A stretch of DNA of 63,985 nucleotides, filler included, from Octopus bimaculoides (GCF_001194135.2; 10 parts of 8 records of this genome joined end to end with filler, not necessarily neighbours in it), one strand, 5' to 3'. Positions 24,083 to 37,250 are shown, counted from the first letter of the whole stretch. Translations and numbers: made by a program. Notes: generated from the letters alone by a model not told the origin.

Positions 24083-24830
24083 ACTCAAATGGACAATTGA
24101 TCAAATTTGATCTAGCGAAAAATTGATCGAATTTGTTCTAGCAGACAATTATCCAAATTTGCTCAAATGGACAATTGATCGAATTTGCTCAGGTGGACAG
24201 CAGATCGAATTTGTTCAAATGGACAACAGATTGAATTTAATTTAGCGGACCTTTGGTTGAATTTGTTCAAGTGAACAATTGATCGATTTTGCTCAAGTGG
24301 AGAATTAATCAAATTTCACTTGCAGACAGATGATTGAATTTGCTTAAATAGACAGTTGATCGAATTTGCTCTATCAGACAATTGATCGAATTTTCTCAAA
24401 TGAACAAATGATCGAGTTTTAATCTAATGGACAATTGTTCGAATCTGCTCATGTGGACAGGTGCTCAGACTTGCTTAAGTGGAGAACTGGTCAAATTTAC
24501 TCTGGCACACATTTGATCGAATTTACTCAAACGGACAATTGATCGAATTTGAGCTAGCAGACAGTTGATCGACTTTACTTAAATGGACTGTTGATTGAAT
24601 TTACTCAAATAGACAATTGATCGAATTTGATATAGCAAATAGCCGATCAACTTCGCTCAGGAGTACATTTGATCGAATATGCTCTTCCGAATGATTGATC
24701 GAATTTGTTTAGGTGCATATTAGATCAAATTTGCTCTAGTATCCAATAGGTGGAATTTGATCAAGCGGACAATTGATCAAATTTCTTTATGTACACAGTT
24801 GATTCAATTTGCTCTAGTGGATAATTAACC
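24083..24830. repeat. Diverged tandem array, 26-bp period, about 29 units; consensus approximately AATGGACAATTGATCGAATTTGCTCA
   Basis: AATTT anchors from 24108 to 24810 span 702 bp, exactly 27 periods (25 of 26 nt, one of 25, one of 27). Confidence 0.95.
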
Positions 24831-25160
24831 GGCGTTGCTTATTGTATTGTTCTAATTTTTTTATAGTTTTAAATATTGGACTGCGACTATACTGAGTCAG
24901 CGGCTGCAAGGAGTTCTAGCTCCACAAAATTGCTCCCAGAATTTATTTTAGTCCAATATTTTATCGCTCTCTATCAACCGAATTCTCTAAATTCTCACAA
25001 GCTCAGGCTTTCATACAGATATAGCAGACATGCAAACATTTATATTGTTTATTTGTTGACTGAAAAAAATTATGAATAGTATTAATCAATTTTTAAATTT
25101 AATTGGGGTCTTATCAGAGATGTTTTGATCTATGCCAGAGAAAGAAATAGCCATTCTGTT

Positions 25161-25221
<61 letters not shown>

Positions 25222-25714
25222 NNNNNNNNNNNNNNNNNNNNNNNNNNNNNNNNNNNNNNNNNNNNNNNNNNNNNNNNNNNNNNNNNNNNNNNNNNNNNNN
25301 NNNNNNNNNNNNNNNNNNNNNNNNNNNNNNNNNNNNNNNNNNNNNNNNNNNNNNNNNNNNNNNNNNNNNNNNNNNNNNNNNNNNNNNNNNNNNNNNNNNN
25401 NNNNNNNNNNNNNNNNNNNNNNNNNNNNNNNNNNNNNNNNNNNNNNNNNNNNNNNNNNNNNNNNNNNNNNNNNNNNNNNNNNNNNNNNNNNNNNNNNNNN
25501 NNNNNNNNNNNNNNNNNNNNNNNNNNNNNNNNNNNNNNNNNNNNNNNNNNNNNNNNNNNNNNNNNNNNNNNNNNNNNNNNNNNNNNNNNNNNNNNNNNNN
25601 NNNNNNNNNNNNNNNNNNNNNNNNNNNNNNNNNNNNNNNNNNNNNNNNNNNNNNNNNNNNNNNNNNNNNNNNNNNNNNNNNNNNNNNNNNNNNNNNNNNN
25701 NNNNNNNNNNNNNN

Positions 25715-25769
<55 letters not shown>

Positions 25770-26356
25770 TTATATGTGTATATATGTACATATATATGCA
25801 CACATACATTACACATCACACACGCACACATACTCACACATACACACACATAAACACACGTACATATGGTAATTAGGCAATGTTTTTCAATCGCGAATTT
25901 TTGAATATCTAGCTTTGTTCGAGCTAACTTTCTCAAACGGCAGACATTAAAAATGACCCAACAAGTAAATAACACGACAAAAATTAAGCATATACTATAC
26001 AACTATATAAGCATTAAAATATCGAAGGTGCAAGTGTTGTGCATATTATGAGCAAATTGTTTATATATATATATATATATATTCATAGACACGCGTTAGC
26101 TAAATATACATATTCAGTCTTGCTGTATCAATTAGACTCAATGGGTAAACCACAGAGTTTTCACAGCAGGGCTAACTCGGAAATATCTCGATTAATTTCT
26201 ATTGGTTGTTGCCGTCATATTAAAACTACATTAATCCCTCACCATATCGTGGTTTACCCATCACGGTTTATTATTTAAGCTTACGTCGATTCCTCTGTGG
26301 TGTTGTTTTGCATTCATAATAAAATAAACATATACAAATTATAAAAATAATAATAA

Positions 26357-26800
26357 GGCGCAGGAGTGGCTGTGTGGTAAGTAGCTTGCTTACCAACCAC
26401 ATGGTTCCGGGTTCAGCCCCACTGCGTGGCACCTTAGGCAAGTGTCTTCTACTATAGCCNNNNNNNNNNGGCACCTTAGGCAAGTGTCTTCTACTATAGC
26501 CTCGGGCCGACCAAAGCCTTGTGAGTGGATTTGGTAGACGGAAACTGAAAGAAGCCTGTCGTATATATCTATATATGTATGTATGTCTGTGTATGTGTGT
26601 CTCTGTTTGTCTCCCCAACATCGCTTGACAACCGATGGTGGTGTGTTTACGTCCTCGTAACATAGGGGTTCGGCAAAAGAGACCGATAAAATAAGTGCTA
26701 GGTATCCAAAGAATAAATCCTGGAGTCGATTTACTCGACTAAAGGCGGTGCTCCAGCATGGCCACAGTCAAATGACTGAAACAAGTAAAAAGAGTAAATA
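26357..26800 (+). mobile_element. tRNA-derived SINE family B, full length (small gap inside)
   Basis: Head ggcgcaggagtggctgtgtggtaag..ccgggttcagcccc, core ggcaccttaggcaagtgtc, internal TA/GT tract, tail ..gactgaaacaagtaaaaagag. Confidence 0.9.
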
Positions 26801-27032
26801 AAAAAAAGAGTAACAAAGAGAGTACTGTTTCTACTTCTTTTCACCTATCATGTGAGGTTTTGGAACGTAACCCCTGCGATAAACGAGAGATTACTTTAAT
26901 CCATTTCCTCTTTCCAGATAGAAACAATGGAAGCAACTCAGAGCTTCTTTACCATAAATGCTATGAATAACAGACGCCGATTTTACTCATATTCTCTTCT
27001 GAATGCATATTCTATGAGACGTAGATACGTAA

Positions 27033-27229
27033 TATTGGTTTCAAATTTTAGCACAAGGCCAGCAATTTCGAAGAGGGAGTAAGTCAATCATATTGACTTA
27101 TTTTATCGACTGCGAAAGGAAGAAAAGCATGGTCGACTTCGGAAGAATTTGAACTCAGAGCGTCTTGACGGACGAAATGCCACTAAGCGATGCTGCCAGT
27201 GTGTTAACGATCCTGCCAAGTCACTGCCT
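27033..27229 (-). mobile_element. SINE family C
   Basis: Reverse-complement diverged copy. Confidence 0.75.
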
Positions 27230-27409
27230 TATGTATACACACATATATATANNNNNNNNNNNNNNNNNNNNNNNNNNNNNNNNNNNNNNNNNNNNNNNNN
27301 NNNNNNNNNNNNNNNTAACAATATATCCACAAACACATGCTCTCTCAGTACTTTAATTATCTTAATTTTTACACACTGCAAGCGAAATGTATTGGTATCT
27401 TCTTTTATC

Positions 27410-27638
27410 ATTTATTTGTTTCATTCATTAGACTGCAGTCATGCTGGAATGCTACTACTATGGAGGGTTTACTTGGACAGACCGACTCGAGCACTTATCT
27501 TTAAAGTCTGGTACTTATTTCATCGGTCTCTTTTGCCAGACCGTTAAGTTACGGATATGTAAGAAAACCAACGCTAATTGTCAACAAGCGGTGGGGTACA
27601 GATACAACACAAACACAAAGAAACACGCACGCATGTAT

Positions 27639-27700
<62 letters not shown>

Positions 27701-27701
27701 T

Positions 27702-27758
<57 letters not shown>

Positions 27759-27777
27759 AAGAAAGAAAGAAAGAAAT

Positions 27778-27834
<57 letters not shown>

Positions 27835-27975
27835 CATATACGTTACTGCAAACTTTCTGTCTATAAATTACCACATTCATTCACAAGGCATTGGTTGGTT
27901 TGGGGGCTGTAATAGAAGTTACTTATCCAAAGTGTGGTGCAGTGGGATTGAACCCAAAACACGTGGTTTGCGGTT
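27410..27975 (-). mobile_element. Old SINE family B with expanded internal (GATA)n
   Basis: Tail at 27410-27630 and head at 27836-27975 flank the tetranucleotide tract. Confidence 0.6.
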
Positions 27976-28749
27976 CAATTACGTAATTGCAAATTGTTAT
28001 TCATAGCATTTATTGTAAGTAGTTCACTGCTGCTTCCTCACTCAGATGGATAAATACGAATAGACAGATATACATGATACAACGGCAATAATCAGTCGAA
28101 CTTTTCTTGACTTCATCCTATAGAGAAATCCCTTGTTTGTAATCACAGAGTCTGTTTACAAAGAAAGGCTGAATGCATTTTGTTATGTATGTTATTAAAC
28201 CTAACATATCTGAGCTTATTCACAATTTATGTGAAAATGAATTTATTTAATAGACCGACTTCTGACCTTCGCTGTTCAGAAACAAATCTGCTAATGTTGT
28301 ATCCAGAAAATGTGGAATTTATTGGACGTGACTATTGTCATCTTATAGCCTGCAGAGCCTCAATCAAGTGTTTATATAATAAATACTTTGAACAAAGCTT
28401 TGTGTGCCACCTTGCTTATTAAGAGGCAATGTTATCTAATCTGACTTTACAATACATCCAATACGCATACATTACACACACTACCACACGCACACATACA
28501 CTATATTGTTAGAGTAAAACCTGATGTAGTTTCGCCCTTCTATCCCGGTCATTATTTCTCTTCATCCCAATCCATATGATAGTAATTCTTCCTTTCCTTC
28601 AATTACTTTCTTTTCTTCCAACTTTCTCTTTCTGTATGCTCCCTTTACTCTGTCGACATCTATATAATTTTGTGTATGTTTATATTTATGCATATAGGCA
28701 TGCTTATATTTGCGTGTGTGTCTATGATGATGATGATGATGCGTGTGTG

Positions 28750-28796
<47 letters not shown>

Positions 28797-29554
28797 NNNN
28801 NNNNNNNNNNNNNNNNNNNNNNNNNNNNNNNNNNNNNNNNNNNNNNNNNNNNNNNNNNNNNNNNNNNNNNNNNNNNNNNNNNNNNNNNNNNNNNNNNNNN
28901 NNNNNNNNNNNNNNNNNNNNNNNNNNNNNNNNNNNNNNNNNNNNNNNNNNNNNNNNNNNNNNNNNNNNNNNNNNNNNNNNNNNNNNNNNNNNNNNNNNNN
29001 NNNNNNNNNNNNNNNNNNNNNNNNNNNNNNNNNNNNNNNNNNNNNNNNNNNNNNNNNNNNNNNNNNNNNNNNNNNNNNNNNNNNNNNNNNNNNNNNNNNN
29101 NNNNNNNNNNNNNNNNNNNNNNNNNNNNNNNNNNNNNNNNNNNNNNNNNNNNNNNNNNNNNNNNNNNNNNNNNNNNNNNNNNNNNNNNNNNNNNNNNNNN
29201 ATCTTGTGTGAGTGTATCTGTGTGTATGTATGTATATATGTATACTTGTGTGGGCATGTGTACGTATGTTTGTATTTATGAATCTGTATATGAATGTATA
29301 TATGTATATACGTGCTGTTAGCTTTCAAAATGCTCATCAAATAGTCGCAGATTTTTTTAAACATCTGCAGAGGGAGATTTTGTCTAATAAACGCATAAAC
29401 ATTCTCCGTTAATCGATTTTTATTCAATTCTTATTATAAATGCGAGTTCCTACATTTGTATTCAGTACTTATAATATCCTTCTGTCATACTTTCCTTTCA
29501 GTCATATTCTTCATATAACCAGCACCACCTGCATTCCCTTAGTTTCTATGGATA

Positions 29555-29797
29555 CTGGTTTCAAATTTTGGCATAAGGCCAGTAATTTCGGGGGGAGGGG
29601 GCTAAGTCGATTACCAGTGCCTAACTGGTACTTATTTTATCGACCCCGAAAGGATGAAAAGCAAATCGACCTCGGCAGTAAAGACGGACCAAATGCCGCT
29701 AAATCGACCTCAGAACGACCTCAGAACGACCTCAGAACGTAAAGACGGACCAAATGCCGCTAAATATTTTGTCCTGTGTGGTAACGATCTCCGCCCT
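29555..29797 (-). mobile_element. SINE family C with internal duplications
   Basis: Reverse-complement copy; a 27-nt segment is duplicated and an 11-mer triplicated. Confidence 0.75.
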
Positions 29798-30010
29798 ATA
29801 TTCCCATAGATATTAACAACGTTTAATAGTATTGCCGGTTGACTAGAAGATACTTTACCGAACAGAGTCCCTTGGCTTCGCCGAGCAGTTTCAAAAATAG
29901 ATCCACCGCCATATTAAAATTACTAAAATTTCAATTGATCTTATTTGGGCTGTATCTCTTGTTTTCAGGTTTTTAAACACTTCAGAAGGACTTTCACATA
30001 TACATCTGTC

Positions 30011-30120
<110 letters not shown>

Positions 30121-30441
30121 GCTAGCTAGCTTGCTATCTGTATGTACGTATGCATATGTGTATTTTTGTATGAATGTAATTTTTACTATGAAAATATTAT
30201 CATGGTAACTTCACTTGCTTTTTGATTAAAAAAATTTTTTTTCTCTCCTGCTACCTTGTATTTAGTCATAACTGAAAACATGAATGACCTTCGACTGTCA
30301 CACGAAATTTCAGAAAGTTGTTTAGTGTTGGATGTTTGTTCCGGTCATTAGGTCAAGAGAAATATATTTCTGTTGATTTGGCTGTGGGTGCCGTATAGAA
30401 ATTAAACATTAGCATGTTTATCAGACACTAGTATAGACGTC

Positions 30442-30829
30442 GTGGAGGCGCAATGGCCCAGTGGTTTGGGCAGCGGACTCGCGGTCGTAGGATCGCGGTT
30501 TCGATTCCCAGACCAGGCGTTGTGAGTGTTTATTGAGCGAAAACACCTAAAGCTCCACGAGGCTCCGGCAGGGGGTGGTGGCGAACCCTGCTGTACTCTT
30601 TCACCGCAACTTTCTCTCACTCTATCTTCTTGATTCTGTTCTACCTGTATTTCAAAGGGCCAGCCTTGTCACACTCTGTGTCACGCTGAATCTACCCCGA
30701 GAACTACGTTAAGGGTACACGTGTCTGTGGAGTGCTCAGCCACTTGCACGTTAATTTCACGAGCAGGCTGTTCCGTTGATCGGATCAACTGGAACCCTCG
30801 TCGTCGTAACCGACGGAGTGCCAACCACC
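30442..30829 (+). mobile_element. SINE family A, full length
   Basis: TSD agtatagac(g/a)tc at 30430-30441 and 30830-30841. Confidence 0.93.
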
Positions 30830-30947
30830 AGTATAGACATCACATGTTACAGTTAAACCGGGTTGTCTGGTTCGAATCTTGCTTAGCATTATATTATTTT
30901 GTTTTACTTTCTGCTATTTTATTTTTTGTCGACATCGGTTTCATTTA

Positions 30948-31119
30948 CAGGCACAGGCATAACAGTGTGGTTTAAATTCTCACTTCCCAACCACTAGGTT
31001 TCAGGTTCGGTCACATTGCACGGCACCTTGGGCGAGTGTCTTGTACTGTAGTCCAGAATTGATCAATGCTTTGTTAGTGAATTTCTTAGACGGAAACTGT
31101 GAGGATGTCCGTCGTGTAC
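30948..31119 (+). mobile_element. SINE family B head, diverged
   Basis: cacggcaccttgggcgagtgtc..agacggaaactg. Confidence 0.65.
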
Positions 31120-31289
31120 ACGCATGTATGTATGTATGTATGTATGTATGTATGTATGTACGTATGCATGCATGTATGTATGTATGTATGTATGTGTGCA
31201 TGTGTGTGTATGTGTGCGTGTGTGTGTATGTGAGTGTGTATGTGTTGAAATGTGAGTGTGCGTGTTTGTGTGTGTGAGTGAGAGAGAGA

Positions 31290-31347
<58 letters not shown>

Positions 31348-31594
31348 NNNNNNNNNNNNNNNNNNNNNNNNNNNNNNNNNNNNNNNNNNNNTTAATTAAT
31401 TAANNNNNNNNNNNNNNNNNNNNNNNNNNNNNNNNNNNNNNNNNNNNCTTACACGACATTGCCATAGCGCAATTATCAGCAACAAGAACAAGAACAACAA
31501 TAACGATCTAGATTAATATTAGTATAAGTATGGAATGTCTCTATCTACAAATCATATCACTACCTAGTAATATACGCATGGTGTGTGCGTGTGC

Positions 31595-31640
<46 letters not shown>

Positions 31641-32683
31641 ATGTGTGCCTGTGTACATGCGTTCATGCTTATATATTAACGCATGTGTTTACAGTTTGCT
31701 AACGAGACAGCACAATAAATATTTCGCACCGACGGGAATAATTGAAATAACAACACGAGGAAATATTTGGAGGTGGAGGGGTAGCATTTGAAAATGTAAA
31801 TACAATTTCCAATAAAGGATCAACAATGTTCCTAATAATAAAAATAATAATGATGATGATGATGATAATAATAATAATAAAAAAAATAAATAATAGTTAC
31901 AACAACAACAACAACAACAGTAACAACCACAGTATTAATTTTGATAAGTATGACATCCATGAAAATAACTTTCTGTATGCGTACATATAGAGATACGTAT
32001 ATATTTATGCTTATATTATGTATGTATGAGTGTGTGCATATATATATATATGTGAGTGTGTGTGTGTGTGTACATATACATATGCATCTGTNNNNNNNNN
32101 NNNNNNNNNNNNNNNNNNNNNNNNNNNNNNNNNNNNNNNNNNNNNNNNNNNNNNNNNNNNNNNNNNNNNNNNNNNNNNNNNNNNNNNNNNNNNNNNNNNN
32201 NNNNNNNNNNNNNNNNNNNNNNNNNNNNNNNNNNNNNNNNNNNNNNNNNNNNNNNNNNNNNNNNNNNNNNNNNNNNNNNNNNNNNNNNNNNNNNNNNNNN
32301 NNNNNNNNNNNNNNNNNNNNNNNNNNNNNNNNNNNNNNNNNNNNNNNNNNNNNNNNNNNNNNNNNNNNNNNNNNNNNNNNNNNNNNNNNNNNNNNNNNNN
32401 NNNNNNNNNNNNNNNNNNNNNNNNNNNNNNNNNNNNNNNNNNNNNNNNNNNNNNNNNNNNNNNNNNNNNNNNNNNNNNNNNNNNNNNNNNNNNNNNNNNN
32501 NNNNNNNNNNNNNNNNNNNNNNNNNNNNNNNNNNNNNNNNNNNNNNNNNNNNNNNNNNNNNNNNNNNNNNNNNNNNNNNNNNNNNNNNNNNNNNNNNNNN
32601 NNNNNNNNNNNNNNNNNNNNNNNNNNNNNNNNNNNNNNNNNNNNNNNNNNNNTTTAAATTGAAATTAAAAAAAAGTTAAAAGC

Positions 32684-32770
<87 letters not shown>

Positions 32771-33495
32771 TCCGTAATGAATCTTGTGAAAAATTGGAAA
32801 TGGAAAATTGAAAAATTAACAAAATTAAAATTAGAAAGAAAAAAACAACAAAGTCATTTTAGTTACTTAACTAATCTAATTCTTTTGTAATTGAAATAGC
32901 GAAATATTCTTAAAGGTGCGAGATTTTGGTAATTATTTGAAGTTTTTCACACATGCGCAGTTGTATACATGTATAGTTGTATACATGTTGTATACATGTA
33001 TAGTTGTATACATGCACAGTTGTATACATGTATATATGTGTAGTTATGTGTATATGCATGTATTTATAAAGATAGATAGGTAGGGAGATGGGCAATGCTT
33101 AATCCATCCATCGATCTATTTATCTATCTATCTAAACGTACACACACACATATATACACATGTATATATCGAGAGAAAGAGAAAGAAAAACAGAATGAAA
33201 GGTATATGAAGAGAGAAACAGTTAAAAGTGAGAGACATGCAGAGCGTGTGTGAAAGAAATGAGTGAAGGGTGAAAGGTAGAGTCCCTTCTCGTCTCCAAA
33301 GGCTTCTATATATATAATATATGATGTTTGCAAAGAAAATATGAAAACTTTTGGAGGTTTTTCGTAAAATCGCAAAACTTCACAAGAAGAAAGCTTTGAA
33401 TCAGAAATTAGCGCGCACACACAGTCGTAGGTACTGGCGTCATAACTTGCCCGAAGATCCTGGGCTGTGACAGGTGATATATGTATATATATATA

Positions 33496-34431
33496 CAGGG
33501 TGTTCCAAAAAGATGTACTCACTTTTTGACAGACGTGTTGGCACTCCGTCGCTTACGATGTCGAGGGTTCCAGTTGATCCAGTCAATAAAACAGCCCGCT
33601 CGTGAAATTAACGTGAATGTGGCTGAGCACTCCACAGACACGTGTACACTTAACGTAGTTCTCGGGGATATTCAGCGTGACACAGTGTGACAAGGCTGAC
33701 CCTTTGAATTACAGGCACAACAAAAACAGAAAGTAAGAGAAAATTGTGAAGAAAGAGTACAGCAGGGTTCGCCACCATCCCCTGCCGGAGCCGCGTGGAG
33801 CTTTAGGTGTTTTCGCTCAATAAACACTCACAACACCTGGTCTGGGAATCGAAACCGCGATCCTATGACCGCGAGTTCGCTGCCCTAACCACTGTGCCAT
33901 TGCGTCTCAACTTTGACAGACGATTACTAATGTATTGTTTATTGTGATGTATGGGCTTACCTCGATACAACAAATCCAAACAAATAGATTGGGAGGAGAG
34001 GTAGCGTTGAATTTCCTGCACGTTCCCCAGAACTCACGCCAATGGATTTTTTTTTTTATGTGGACATCTCAAAGATAAGGTTTACGATGCAAAACCAGTG
34101 ACAATTGATGATTTGAAAAATGAAATTCGAATATGATGTCTTGCAATTCCAAAGGAAATGTTTAGCAATGTTGTCGAATCCATTGTTGGACGTTATCAGC
34201 TTTGTTTGGAAAATGAAGGAAGGCAGTTTGAACATTTGCGAACACGCAGGAATGTGAGAGAACATTAAATAATTCTAAATGATAATAAATAATCGTTTCT
34301 ACAACAATCTATTTTCCTGAATTTAATTTAACTTTTTAGGATTGTATATATATCAATAAACATCTACTTGAACACAAAATGCATGAGTACTGGAAAGTCA
34401 AAGAGTGAGTACATCTTTTTGGGACACCCAG
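33496..34431 (+). mobile_element. Internally deleted Tc1/mariner-superfamily element (Tc3/maT-like) with both TIRs
   Basis: TIRs cagggtgttccaaaaagatgtactcactttt (33496) and aagagtgagtacatctttttgggacacccag (34401-34431). C-terminal transposase relic FPARSPELTPMDFF..GHLKDKVYDAKP.TIDDLK..ENEGRQFEHL. Confidence 0.85.
33536..33911 (-). mobile_element. SINE family A nested in the Tc element
   Basis: 11-nt TSD TTTGACAGACG at 33525-33535 and 33912-33922. Confidence 0.93.
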
Positions 34432-34569
34432 ACACTACTTGGTGCTTTATACTTGTTATGTATTATTATTATTCATTTCAGATTGTAGTATATTAATTGT
34501 TTATAGCAACTAACCATGCTATAGTAACGACCACGAATATCAGAAGCGATAGAGTTGTTTGATTTTAAA

Positions 34570-34915
34570 TGAGGGTATATTGTGGGTCACTGTGAGGGTG
34601 GACTTAGCCAGCGTAAGATTACACAAAACCTTCGCATTCCTCTGGGCCCAATGAACAGAGTGACTGTACAATTCGCCAGCAAAGGAAAAGAATGTACAGT
34701 ATCCCGCTCAGGTCAACCTAGGCCCCATGAGAGGTGTCTTCGAGATGTCAAGTGGATTGTTGAAAATAATCCTCCATTGTAAGACAGATGATGTTGCAGA
34801 GCAACTCCAGAGAAGTCGGAGTACCTCTATGAGGTATCTCCATAAACTCGGCTACTATGTCAGAGCAACTAGAAGGAAATCTCTTCATTGTCCATCAAAT
34901 ATTCAGTAAAGGAGA
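34570..34915 (+). mobile_element. Tc1-type transposase N-terminal (HTH) fragment, frameshifted
   Basis: RGYIVGHCEGGLSQRKITQNL..SRSGQPR..VENNP / VAEQL..YLHKLGYYVRATRRKSL; Tc1 paired-like HTH pattern. Confidence 0.65.
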
Positions 34916-35147
34916 AATAATTTTTTTAAAAACAATGGTGTCTGTTTACTGTTACGACATTTGTATAAACATACGCGCGTGCACACAGACACACTCATAC
35001 ACACCATATATATATAATCAACTCAAATAAATGGGATAAAAAACAAAAGAACAAAAATTTGAGAGGAAAAAAAGAAAAGAGAAAATACAACGAAAGTGAG
35101 GGTGTGCACAAGAAGTATATTAGCGTGACGCTCGCTGAAAGGAGAGA

Positions 35148-35182
35148 GTTTAACATTTCGAGCACAACTCTTCGTCGGAAAG
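35148..35182 (-). ncRNA. Minimal hammerhead-like motif (U4C), within a family-E-related element at about 35030-35230
   Basis: Minus strand reads CTTT-CCGACGA-A-GAG ttgtg CTC-GAAA-TG-TT-AAAC; same layout as 12392-12427; stem III ACGT mutated to ATGT. Confidence 0.45.
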
Positions 35183-36637
35183 GAGAAAGGGAAGGAGAAA
35201 AAGAAATCGCCAACGAGCCACGTGTAGTTACATACATACATAATACATACATACATACATACATACATACANNNNNNNNNNNNNNNNNNNNNNNNNNNNN
35301 NNNNNNNNNNNNNNNNNNNNNNNNNNNNNNNNNNNNNNNNNNNNNNNNNNNNNNNNNNNNNNNNNNNNNNNNNNNNNNNNNNNNNNNNNNNNNNNNNNNN
35401 NNNNNNNNNNNNNNNNNNNNNNNNNNNNNNNNNNNNNNNNNNNNNNNNNNNNNNNNNNNNNNNNNNNNNNNNNNNNNNNNNNNNNNNNNNNNNNNNNNNN
35501 NNNNNNNNNNNNNNNNNNNNNNNNNNNNNNNNNNNNNNNNNNNNNNNNNNNNNNNNNNNNNNNNNNNNNNNNNNNNNNNNNNNNNNNNNNNNNNNNNNNN
35601 NNNNNNNNNNNNNNNCCTATACCCATATATGCATACCCATATACATATATATGTATGCACGTACATATATGTATGTATATAAGCATATATATATAATTTA
35701 TATTATTTGATTGAACGCCACGTTCAAATACAGGGTATAAGTACTTACTACAGTTTATCAAATGTTTGAATAATGTGTTTACTTATTTTCATTTTCCATT
35801 TTATTTTGGAGATTTGAAACACGTGACGTGGTACCCCAAGGCGTATGACGAAGCAACGCACCGAGAGAATGCCTACTTTGCTGGTACCCTTTAACCGAAC
35901 TTACCAACAACAGCTTACTAAATAGTTAGTTTTTTAAACCGATTAGCACAATGCCCTAAATTTATAAATTGAATTAAACATACAAATTAATGTATATACT
36001 TTATAATTAAATATGCAAATTAAATTTGTGGTATTAATTGATTTATAAATATAATCTTTTTAATCGTCGTAGGTTTTATTTAATATTATTTTAGTTTTTC
36101 ATGTAAAACTATATACAGCACATACTTCTATTAATGTTTAAATATTTTCAGGTTTTGAGAATACTTATGCTAGTGAGTTTTATTTTAAATCTAATTTTAA
36201 ATGATTGTGAGCTGTAATAAACCGAAGAACGGGTCATTGGTTTACCCTTCATTGAATCAAATAAACCATTTAATATATTTTTTACAAAATCATTACTAAA
36301 CAAGTTCACAATAATCTACTCACATTACGCTGGCTAAATCCTTTAAAATTATTAATTATAGTCTTGATTCTTTGGCTAATTCACTATCAGTAGCAGAGAC
36401 TGACAATCTTACGTTACTTCTATTCGTTCAAGGACTAATAGACCTTTTATCGAAATCCCCGCTTAATTCCATCTGTTCCGTTTCGCTAGGCAGTAAATAG
36501 GCATGTCATATTATCAACAGCAGTGGTGGGCGGTGGGAGCTGTGTTAGTTGTGTCAGACGAGGGTATGAACATTTGTTAGTGAAAAATTGCGGTGCTCTT
36601 AAGTCAACAAATTCTTCTCAATTAATATGCAATCGTT

Positions 36638-36845
36638 TTCTTGTTTCAGTCATTCGACAGTGTTGAATGTTGGGGTACCACCCTGAAGGGTTTAGTCGAA
36701 TAAATCACCCCTAGTGCCTTTACTTTTATTAAAGTCTACTATACACTTTATTGATCACTTGCTTACCAATTGCTTCTGAAGAAGTAAACAAACCAGCAGC
36801 GGTTGTCAAGTAGTGTGGATACAAGCACAAATACTCAAACACAAG
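36638..36845 (-). mobile_element. Old SINE family B tail
   Basis: cttgtttcagtcattcgac..gtaaacaaaccagcagcggttgtcaag. Confidence 0.55.
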
Positions 36846-37049
36846 CAGATACCTATCTATCTATCTATCCATCTATCTATCTANNNNNNNNNNNNNNNNN
36901 NNNNNNNNNNNNNNNNNNNNNNNNNNNNNNNNNNNNNNNNNNNNNNNNNNNNNNNNNNNNNNNNNNNNNNNNNNNNNNNNNNNTCTATCTATCTATCTAT
37001 CTAGCTGGCTACGTAACTTTATCATTTACAAATATCAACCAGAGTCTGA

Positions 37050-37250
37050 GGCCATGCTGGTGCGCCGTCTTTCAGTGCGACTGGTTCTTTTTGTGTGTTG
37101 TTTCTGGTAAAGTAGCGAGTTAGACGGAGCTGCACGTCTTTGTGCCTCCTGCCGCGATGTGGGTTCATATGATATCTCAGATAATAAAGTTTCCAGACGT
37201 TCTTTGAAGACCTCCACATCTACACCTCACAGATCTCCGAGTACCTTTCG
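37050..37250 (-). mobile_element. LINE 3' ORF2 fragment (CR1/L2/Jockey-like)
   Basis: GVDVEVFKERLETLLSEISYEPTSRQEAQRRAAPSNSLLYQ resembles the FK..LD..L..PD.P..AA.SNSL C-terminus of such LINEs; from memory. Confidence 0.5.

Noticed and set aside
24083-24830. CRISPR-like appearance of the 26-bp array
   Set aside because: Variable parts are only about 10 nt and related to each other; no cas genes; animal context.
32960-33035. 16-bp gttgtatacatgtata tandem; also the 20-bp unit at 6449-6517
   Set aside because: Ordinary small minisatellites derived from TA/CA tracts.
36340-36510. Protein-like minus frame (LPSETEQMELSGDFDKRSISP*TNRS..)
   Set aside because: Internal stop, no splice signals or homology I can support.
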